The position numbers and the translations under genes are program-made. Positions 57,078 through 64,000 of a DNA stretch of 64,000 nt are shown piece after piece (the stretch's first letter is position 1; the number at the start of each line of letters is the position of its first letter). The DNA comes from an uncultured Chitinophaga sp. (GTDB lineage: Bacteria; Bacteroidota; Bacteroidia; Chitinophagales; Chitinophagaceae), in NCBI GenBank assembly GCA_964412375.1, contig CAYPOD010000007.1, positions 24,123 through 88,122 on the forward strand. Direction: 5' to 3'. Under the pieces are notes generated by a model that saw nothing but the letters and a program-made list of their open reading frames with translations, was not told the DNA's origin and searched no databases.

Positions 57078-58200
57078 TACACTAATAATACTGATACCCG
57101 GTTTCCCAAAAGACCATAACGACAGCACCTGTCTGCCTTCGCAACAGGTATTTGTCCGCAGTCTGAAAAAATTGTATCCCCGTCTTCATATTATAGTACT
57201 GAGTTTACAATATCCTTATCACCGGAAGCCTTATCAATGGCATGGTGTTGAGGTGATTCCTTTCTCAGGCAATAACAGGGGCACAGTGCATCGTTTATGG
57301 TTACGGCAAAAGGTCTATACCTGTTTAAAAAAAATACATCCCAGTCATCATATTATCGGTCTTCTTAGTTTTTGGTATGGTGAATGTGCCTTGACAGGAA
57401 ACAGGTTTGGAAAAAAACATGGGATCAAGCATTATTGCTGGATCAGGGGACAGGATGCAAAAAAAACAAACAAATATCCGGGAAGATTTCAGTTGCCTCC
57501 TGAAGAACTCATTGCGTTGTCAGATTTCCTGCAGGAAGAACTGGAAAGAAATCACGGCATCAAACCCTTTAAAGTAATACCTCCGGGAATAGACACAGAC
57601 CACTTTCCGGAACCGGTACCCAAAAGGGATATTGATCTTTTTGCAGCAGGCTCGCTGATACCATTAAAGGAGTATGCTGTTTTTATTGAAGTGCTCGCAG
57701 CAGTGAAAAAGCATATTCCCTCTGTGAGGGCTGTGCTGGCTGGTGATGGACCACAGCAATCTTTGTTGCAGAAAATGATTGACAGAATGGACCTCGCTGA
57801 AAACATTATCCTGACAGGAGAGCTTCCACACCCAGAAATACTGCAGCTGATGCAAAAAAGCAAAGTATTGCTGCATCCGTCCTCGTATGAAGGCTTTTCG
57901 GGTGTATGCTTAGAAGCACTGGGTGCAGGTTGTCATGTCATCAGTTTTTGCAAAGCGATGAAACAGGATATTGAACAATGGCATATTGTGAGCAATAAAA
58001 ATGAAATGACGGCAAGAGTCATTGACCTATTAACCAATAAAAACATTTCTTACAAATCAGTCATTCCCTATACAGTCGAAAGCAGTATAGCACAGATGAT
58101 GAAATTATTTAATCCTGAGCCAGTAAAGCATTCCCTTACCCAACTTTCGCCAGGCAATGAAATTAAAGGGTCGTTGTTGCCAGGCCTTTCCAAAGTATAG
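57061..58200 (+). CDS. GT4-family (GT-B) glycosyltransferase
   Basis: The ATG overlaps the ABC gene end by 17 nt. The E-x7-E motif is PSSYEGFSGVCLEALGAG. The last ~32 codons overlap the convergent GT2 gene. Confidence 0.7.
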   Translation: MKQPIDTLIILIPGFPKDHNDSTCLPSQQVFVRSLKKLYPRLHIIVLSLQYPYHRKPYQWHGVEVIPFSGNNRGTVHRLWLRQKVYTCLKKIHPSHHIIGLLSFWYGECALTGNRFGKKHGIKHYCWIRGQDAKKTNKYPGRFQLPPEELIALSDFLQEELERNHGIKPFKVIPPGIDTDHFPEPVPKRDIDLFAAGSLIPLKEYAVFIEVLAAVKKHIPSVRAVLAGDGPQQSLLQKMIDRMDLAENIILTGELPHPEILQLMQKSKVLLHPSSYEGFSGVCLEALGAGCHVISFCKAMKQDIEQWHIVSNKNEMTARVIDLLTNKNISYKSVIPYTVESSIAQMMKLFNPEPVKHSLTQLSPGNEIKGSLLPGLSKV

Positions 58201-59022
58201 CAACGCATCCCGACGGCGATTTGTCCTCAGGTATTTTTCACCAAGCTGAACACAGGCTTTATACATAGCATTCGCAAAAAGAGACCTGGGTAATTTCCTT
58301 TTATTCGCATTAATAATGCTAATTCCGTCAATACAGCTTCTCTCCCAAGTTGTATGAATATAATTGCTGTCGTGCAGGCGGCGAAAAAATAATGGCTCGT
58401 ACAATATCACCGCATCATAATGCTCAGCAAGGCTTATAATAAATGCTGTATCGGAAAAAGTCATGTCTTCAGTAAATGGGCCAGATACCTGCAGACATTC
58501 TTTTCGCAGTAATAAAGCCTGAACATAATTTGTTATCTCTGCATTAAACAATGCTTCGAAAATGTTACCTGCCCGTAATCCTGAGCGTTGTTGGTAAAAA
58601 TAATGTAAAGGCACACCGGGTTGTCGAAATGTGTAACCACCAGTTAAACAAAATCCACAGCCGGGATATCTGAGCAAAACATCCACCTGCTTTTCCAGTT
58701 TTGTCTCATCCCAAAGATCATCCGAATCCATAAAGGCCAGAAGATCACCTTTGGCCCTTGCTATTCCTGCGTTCTTCAGCTTTCCACCGATGCCGATGCG
58801 GCCGGCTTTGATAAAGCTGATCCTGTTGTCCGCAAGGTTTTCAACCAAACCTTCCGTATTATCTTCCGAACCATCATCCAAAATGATCAGCTCCCAGTTT
58901 TTATAGGTCTGGCTCCGGATACTCTCAATGGTTTCCATAATAAGTGATGCCCTGTTATAAGTGGGCATGATGATGCTTATCAGCGGGCTGTTATGTATTT
59001 CCTCATTCATTTCTTCTGTCAA
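58105..59022 (-). CDS. GT2-family glycosyltransferase
   Basis: ISIIMPTYNRASLIMETIESIRSQTYKNWELIILDDGSEDNT and FMDSDD (DxD). Confidence 0.85.
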   Translation of the reverse strand: MTEEMNEEIHNSPLISIIMPTYNRASLIMETIESIRSQTYKNWELIILDDGSEDNTEGLVENLADNRISFIKAGRIGIGGKLKNAGIARAKGDLLAFMDSDDLWDETKLEKQVDVLLRYPGCGFCLTGGYTFRQPGVPLHYFYQQRSGLRAGNIFEALFNAEITNYVQALLLRKECLQVSGPFTEDMTFSDTAFIISLAEHYDAVILYEPLFFRRLHDSNYIHTTWERSCIDGISIINANKRKLPRSLFANAMYKACVQLGEKYLRTNRRRDALLYFGKAWQQRPFNFIAWRKLGKGMLYWLRIK

Positions 59023-60106
59023 TGGAATGAATTACTTTCTCGATCTTTCCGGCAATAGCTGAAAAAGAAAGTTCCTGGTCAAAATGTGCTATCACTCTTT
59101 GTCGCTCTTCTTCGGTATTCAAATTGATCGTTTTTAACAGACATTGATACAGTGCTTCATCATCACCCGGCCGATACAAAAACCCGAATTTACCCCTGCC
59201 GGTCATGACCCTGAATGAGGGTATGTCTGTAACCAGCGGAATGCAGCCACAGGACAAAGCCTCGTTAACTGCAATACCCCCGCCTTCGTAATGCGAACCA
59301 GAAATAAAAAAATCAGCATTGTTATACCATTTCCCCAGGTCTTTGTGTTCTGTTTTACCTACCAGCTTTATGTTTGCTGAATCACCTATGAGTTCAGCCA
59401 CCTGGCTTTGTAAATGTCCCGATTGAAAGATCATGTATAAAATTGCCTGCGGATTAATAGTTTTAAAACGGTTGAATGCTTTTACCACCGTAACCGGATC
59501 TTTATTTTCATCAAGCCTCCCAACCCATAGAAAAACGGGACTCCCTTCGACACTCATTGGCGGGCCAGGGGCAATTTTCTGGGCAGTACCAAATACAGAC
59601 GATGCCGGCATGACCTCATGTATCTTTTCACGGTGCTTTATGACACCTTGCCTGAACCAGTCTCTCCCTAATTCAAATGAACTAAATAAATATGCATCTG
59701 TACAGCGGTCGGCTAATTGCTGCAATCTTTTTTTCAAACCCCTGAATGGTTTTTCTGAGCGATGCAACACAATGATCTTTACTTTTCGGCCAACTGTTCT
59801 TCTCAGTTGTATGATCTGCATCGGGAAAATGAAACCATTTACCAGGACTACATCCGGGTTCCACGATTTGATCACTCCATGCATTTTTACAGGGAAACGT
59901 GATACCGGCTTTTTCAGATCAATAAAATGATACAGTACATTATTCCGGGCCATTTCTCCCTCATAACTGATCCGTTCAATACTCATCACTTCATGACGCT
60001 GTGCCAATGATTCAAGGATACCGGTATAAAAATCTATCCTTTCGAGCCACTGTTGCGGATCGGTGTATTCCGGGGTCTTGCTATAACTGGTGCTGACAAT
60101 TCTCAA
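59003..60106 (-). CDS. GT4-family (GT-B) glycosyltransferase
   Basis: FLWVGRLDENKD and GSHYEGGGIAVNEALSCG (E-x7-E). It starts at a TTG at 60106 with no upstream ATG, and it overlaps the GT2 start by 20 nt. Confidence 0.8.
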   Translation of the reverse strand: MRIVSTSYSKTPEYTDPQQWLERIDFYTGILESLAQRHEVMSIERISYEGEMARNNVLYHFIDLKKPVSRFPVKMHGVIKSWNPDVVLVNGFIFPMQIIQLRRTVGRKVKIIVLHRSEKPFRGLKKRLQQLADRCTDAYLFSSFELGRDWFRQGVIKHREKIHEVMPASSVFGTAQKIAPGPPMSVEGSPVFLWVGRLDENKDPVTVVKAFNRFKTINPQAILYMIFQSGHLQSQVAELIGDSANIKLVGKTEHKDLGKWYNNADFFISGSHYEGGGIAVNEALSCGCIPLVTDIPSFRVMTGRGKFGFLYRPGDDEALYQCLLKTINLNTEEERQRVIAHFDQELSFSAIAGKIEKVIHSIDRRNE

Positions 60107-60141
60107 TAGAAGTGGCTATTATTTTTTCTTAGTTTTAAGAA

Positions 60142-61101
60142 ATGAAGCATTTTCAACAACTGCTTAACCGCTATAAAGGCCTTGCATTCCCGCAGGAATA
60201 TCTTTGCCTGCCATCGGGGTCGTTTGAAAAACCTTTATCCGTGTTTCTAATCCAGCAAGCTGACAGAATCCGAGATATCACGAACCAACATTGTTTTGTT
60301 GGGTATTCTCCCCTTATCATAGCTATCCCATGCGAACCCGGTGATGCCCCGATGCAAGAAAACATTCAGCTTTTGTTTTCACCAAACGAAAATTCTTCTC
60401 CAAAGGATGCCGTTGCCCGGCTGGTCTTGAAAAAAAATAGGGGGCAAAGTGCCGGTGACACTACTATTCACTATTTTGAAGGAACAAAAGGGAGGCATCG
60501 CTTCAATTCTCCTTTTCATCAATTCATCATACAGGCCCATAACAGGCTTTATCATAAAAAACCAGGTAATGTTTACCTGCAGGGAAATTTATACAAGCAG
60601 GTACAGATCGCTTATGCCGTTCCGAGAAATATTTCACTGATCACTGTAGGACAAAACGGTTTGTTCAATCTTTTTCCCACTGACCTGCACGGTCCGGCAG
60701 GAAAAGAGCATTATATCATCTCGCTGCGACATGAAGGAAAGGCCTGTAGTCAGGTGATGGAAAGCGGAAAACTTTTGCTGAGCCGGGTTGACGCATCACT
60801 GTATAAAACCGTGTATTCCCTGGGCAAAAATCACATGCAGGAAATGAAAGAAACCGCTCATTACCCTTTTAGCAGTACCCTGTCATCGCTTTACCACCTG
60901 CCCGTACCACAAAGCGCCATTGACAGCCGGGAACTGGAACTGGCCGATTCTTTTGTGCATGGAATACATCGTTTGTTGCTTTTTAAAGTAAGAGGTCAAC
61001 AGCGCTATGCTGATGACCATTCATCTCTTTCTCATATTCATGCAGTGCCTGCCACATGGCGGCATAAGAAAGGCCTGGCAGGCAACTATTTACTGCGTTG
61101 A
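60142..61101 (+). CDS. Hypothetical protein, possibly with a flavin-reductase-like split-barrel domain
   Basis: A 319-aa ORF with coding-like composition. PRNISLITVGQNGLFNLFPTDLHGPAGKEHYIISLRHEGKACSQVMESGKLLLSRV loosely follows the PF01613-type pattern. The assignment is weak. Confidence 0.5.
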   Translation: MKHFQQLLNRYKGLAFPQEYLCLPSGSFEKPLSVFLIQQADRIRDITNQHCFVGYSPLIIAIPCEPGDAPMQENIQLLFSPNENSSPKDAVARLVLKKNRGQSAGDTTIHYFEGTKGRHRFNSPFHQFIIQAHNRLYHKKPGNVYLQGNLYKQVQIAYAVPRNISLITVGQNGLFNLFPTDLHGPAGKEHYIISLRHEGKACSQVMESGKLLLSRVDASLYKTVYSLGKNHMQEMKETAHYPFSSTLSSLYHLPVPQSAIDSRELELADSFVHGIHRLLLFKVRGQQRYADDHSSLSHIHAVPATWRHKKGLAGNYLLR

Positions 61102-61124
61102 AACGATTAAGAAAAAGGCATGCA

Positions 61125-62642
61125 ATGCAGCCTTTTCAACCCATGAACAAGGTTTTATTATTCAACCCCCGTGCAGCGGAATCCAAAGCCAGGGTTCCTA
61201 ACTCCATTCTATCAATTGCTGCTTCTGTAGAAGGAAAATATGACTATGCCATTGTAGATGGCAACCTTGAAAAAGATCCGCTTAAAGTGTTGCTCAGTTA
61301 TCTTGCCACAGGGGAATATGCGGTATTTGGCTGCACTGTAATGCCTGGCCCCCAATTAAAACAGGCCATCCCCATCACCAGGGAGATCAGGAAAATATTT
61401 CCACATGTAAAAATTGTTTGGGGCGGATATTTTCCTTCCAACCACAGCCAGGTTTGTATCAAATCAGGCTATATTGATTTTATTGTTTATGGCCCCGGCG
61501 ATTATGCTTTCCCCATGCTGATGGAGGCGCTGCAAACAGGTTCCTCTTTTCATAATATCCCCAATTTTATCTTCAAAGAAAACGGAACGGTTGTAAAAAC
61601 AAAAAAGGATGAGTTGTATGACCAGGATGCATTGCCACCACTGCCATACGAAAAATTAAGTTCTTTTTACCCGATGAGAAAATACATCGGGAAATCAGTA
61701 TTGGGAACAAAAACTTTTGCCTACCACAGCAGTGTGGGTTGCCCCTTCAAATGTGCTTTTTGCGGAGTGGTGCCTATCTATAATGCGAGATGGAGAGGCA
61801 GATCGGCCATGAAAATATATGAGGACATCAAAGAAGTGAAAGAAAAATACGGTATCAACGCCGTAGAATTTTATGACAGTAATTTTTTTGTGTCGGAGCA
61901 ACGGGTAGTGGAATTTTCAAAGCTGGTGAAGAAAGAAAATATTGTCTGGTGGGGTGAAGGCAGGATAGATACCATTGACAGGTATTCAGATGAAAGCCTG
62001 TTGCTGATGCGGGAAGCTGGCTGCAAAATGATCTTTCACGGTGCCGAAACCGGCAATGATGAAATGCTGAAAAAAATGGACAAAGGCGGCACACAAACCG
62101 GTGAACAGATCAAACGCTTTGCAGCGAGAATGGCAAAGTTCGACATCATTCCTGAATACTCATTTGTGATCGGGACACCGGCCGACACCGAAGAAGAAGT
62201 GAACAAACAAATTGATTTCGACATTCAGTTCATCCGGGAAATAAAACAGATCAATCCCCGTACTGAGATCATCATTTATGTGTACAGCCCGGTGCCAACA
62301 GAAGGTTCACAGTTATCGTATGATGTGATCAAAGCAGGTTTCCATTTTCCGAAAACACTGGATGAATGGACGCTGCCACAATGGGAAAACTTTGATTTGC
62401 ACCGAAACCCGCTGACTCCCTGGCTAAAACCATACATGATAGACAAGATCAAAAATTTTGAAACCGTATTGAACGGTTATTATCCCACAGTGACGGATAC
62501 CAAGCTCACACCTTTCCGCATCAAACTGTTGAAAACACTTTCAGGAATACGTTATAAAAAGAACTGGAACCGGTTTCCCTATGAGATCAAAGCTATGCAA
62601 CGACTCTTTAAATACCGACAACCGGAAATAGAAGGATTTTGA
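61125..62642 (+). CDS. B12-binding-domain radical SAM enzyme (class B)
   Basis: The N-terminal Rossmann-like KVLLFNPRA...VFGCTVMPGP...VWGGYFPS resembles a cobalamin-binding domain. SSVGCPFKCAFCG is the CxxxCxxC cluster motif. Alternative starts are the TTG at 61098 (a TTGA overlap with the upstream stop) and the ATG at 61143. Confidence 0.85.
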   Translation: MQPFQPMNKVLLFNPRAAESKARVPNSILSIAASVEGKYDYAIVDGNLEKDPLKVLLSYLATGEYAVFGCTVMPGPQLKQAIPITREIRKIFPHVKIVWGGYFPSNHSQVCIKSGYIDFIVYGPGDYAFPMLMEALQTGSSFHNIPNFIFKENGTVVKTKKDELYDQDALPPLPYEKLSSFYPMRKYIGKSVLGTKTFAYHSSVGCPFKCAFCGVVPIYNARWRGRSAMKIYEDIKEVKEKYGINAVEFYDSNFFVSEQRVVEFSKLVKKENIVWWGEGRIDTIDRYSDESLLLMREAGCKMIFHGAETGNDEMLKKMDKGGTQTGEQIKRFAARMAKFDIIPEYSFVIGTPADTEEEVNKQIDFDIQFIREIKQINPRTEIIIYVYSPVPTEGSQLSYDVIKAGFHFPKTLDEWTLPQWENFDLHRNPLTPWLKPYMIDKIKNFETVLNGYYPTVTDTKLTPFRIKLLKTLSGIRYKKNWNRFPYEIKAMQRLFKYRQPEIEGF

Positions 62643-63304
62643 GAACAGTCTTAAAACATATTGTTGCCAATACTTACAAACCCTTGCTGGTAAAATATCT
62701 TTCCAAAACAAGAATTTACCGGCACCAGGATATTTGTATAGAAGTTCCGCCACAGGTTTTTCATCCGGGCTTTTTCTTCAGTACACATTTTTTGCTTCAA
62801 TACATAAGCAAGCTGCAGTTGCAAGGAAAAAAAATGCTGGAGCTAGGCGCAGGTAGCGGACTCATCGCTATGCTGTCTGCCCGAAAAGGCGCTATTGCTT
62901 TTGCTTCGGATATTAACCCTGTTGCCATAGAATTCTTGCACAAGAATAGCCGCATGAACAATATCCCGCTGACCATTATTCAGTCAGATCTTTTTCTAAA
63001 CATTCCGGCACAACAATTTGACCTTATCGCTGTCAACCCGCCATATTATAAGAAAGAACCGGTATCAGTTACGGAGCAGGCCTGGTATTGCGGTGAACAA
63101 GGAGAATATTTCAATCGCCTTTTTGAACAACTACCATCTTTCATTCATAATGACAGCATTATTGTCATGGTGCTTTGCGAAGGATGCGATATGGCCATGA
63201 TAAATGGTTTTGCTGCTGACAACGGATTTCAGTTGAAGTTGCAACAAACAAAAAGAAATACACTGGAAAAAGATTTCATTTTCACTGTTGAACGAATAAC
63301 ATGA
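62639..63304 (+). CDS. Class I SAM-dependent methyltransferase, small-domain (HemK/RsmC-like) type with NPPY motif
   Basis: Motif I is MLELGAGSGLIA and motif IV is DLIAVNPPYY. The TTG start overlaps the radical SAM stop (TTGA). Confidence 0.8.
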   Translation: MRTVLKHIVANTYKPLLVKYLSKTRIYRHQDICIEVPPQVFHPGFFFSTHFLLQYISKLQLQGKKMLELGAGSGLIAMLSARKGAIAFASDINPVAIEFLHKNSRMNNIPLTIIQSDLFLNIPAQQFDLIAVNPPYYKKEPVSVTEQAWYCGEQGEYFNRLFEQLPSFIHNDSIIVMVLCEGCDMAMINGFAADNGFQLKLQQTKRNTLEKDFIFTVERIT

Positions 63305-64000
63305 TTGAAACTACTGATGAAATAAAACGAACCACATTCGAAGATCATTATTTGTCGCTGCGGCGAAAAGAAGGCCGTATTTGCAGCGACCAGGAAGTGT
63401 TGCAATTGCCCGATCTCCCTTTTGAACACCAGCACTATACCGAATGGCAGCTAAGAAAAGAATCGGCGAAAAGATTATCCCAGTACTTAAAGAAAAAACC
63501 ACCCTTACTCAAAATACTCGAAGCAGGTTGTGGCAATGGATGGCTTTGCCATTTTCTCTCCTCCTTGCCCGGTTCATCTGTAACCGGTACGGATATAAAT
63601 TTTGCAGAACTGCAACAAGCTGCCAGGGTGTTTAGTCATATCCCCAATGTGCAGTTTGTGTATGGAGGGCTGACGGCTGCTGATATAAAAGGGAATCAAT
63701 ACGACCAGTTGATATTTGCCTCGTCCATCCAATATTTTTCTTCGTTGACAGACATTCTTCAATACGGTCTATCCTTGTTAAAATCCGGTGGTGAGATTCA
63801 AATACTAGATACAAGATTTTATACTCCAGAAACAATTGCCGGAGCCAGGAACAGAACCGATAGTTATTACAGGCAAATCGGCCATGCTGAAATGAGCGAT
63901 CACTATTTTCATCATGATTGGGAAGAACTGGCTTCCTTTCATCCTGTTATTCGCTACAAGCCAAATATGCTTAACAGGTATCTGCTAAACCAAAAAAATC
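63301..64000 (+). CDS. Class I SAM-dependent methyltransferase (Methyltransf_11/25-like), C-terminus beyond window
   Basis: My own translation from the ATG at 63301 (ATGA overlap with the upstream stop) gives MIETTDEIKRTTFEDHYLSLRRKEG...KILEAGCGNGWLCHFL...DQLIFASSIQYF. The frame is open to the window end. It is absent from the supplied ORF track because no stop is reached. Confidence 0.75.
   Translation, partial: MIETTDEIKRTTFEDHYLSLRRKEGRICSDQEVLQLPDLPFEHQHYTEWQLRKESAKRLSQYLKKKPPLLKILEAGCGNGWLCHFLSSLPGSSVTGTDINFAELQQAARVFSHIPNVQFVYGGLTAADIKGNQYDQLIFASSIQYFSSLTDILQYGLSLLKSGGEIQILDTRFYTPETIAGARNRTDSYYRQIGHAEMSDHYFHHDWEELASFHPVIRYKPNMLNRYLLNQKN

Overview
This 64-kb chromosomal segment looks like a Bacteroidota genome of the Chitinophagaceae/Sphingobacteriia type. 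The basis is a SusC/SusD pair, Sec or lipoprotein signals on the glycosidases, a fused E1 alpha/beta 2-oxoacid dehydrogenase and a TAnnTTTG-type promoter box. There are four blocks. (1) 1-30.8 kb is a hemicellulose (glucurono/arabino-xylan type) polysaccharide utilisation locus. It encodes GH97, GH43-CBM6, GH95, a CE4-like/CE15 fusion, a GH35/42-like enzyme, GH10, a second GH43, SusC/SusD and an AraC regulator. Interleaved are sugar-acid genes: a Tat-signal Gfo/Idh/MocA oxidoreductase, a Tat-signal enolase-superfamily enzyme, a secreted RraA-like protein, a BASS symporter, an FGGY kinase, an IlvD/Edd dehydratase, an SMP-30 lactonase, a GntP permease, an FAH-family dehydratase and a Zn-ADH. (2) 30.8-41.5 kb is housekeeping: E1 fusion, FAH-family protein, pth, rplY/ctc, prs, radC, uvrA and two unknown proteins. 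(3) 41.6-46.0 kb holds a clear SAM-I riboswitch with its own terminator, followed about 560 nt later by metY-metX-hom. (4) 46.0-64.0 kb is a surface-polysaccharide locus with GT2/GT4 transferases, an epimerase, a Wzx flippase, two Wzy/WaaL-like proteins, a PCP-like protein and an ABC exporter. It ends in a tightly coupled cassette: an unknown 319-aa protein, a B12-binding radical SAM enzyme and two SAM methyltransferases, running off the window. I recognised no rRNA, tRNA, CRISPR array, transposase or integrase. The best candidates for something new are the exported sugar-acid enzyme set, the oxidative pentonate route inside the xylan PUL, and the radical SAM/methyltransferase cassette. All product calls rest on motif recognition by eye. 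No database search was possible.
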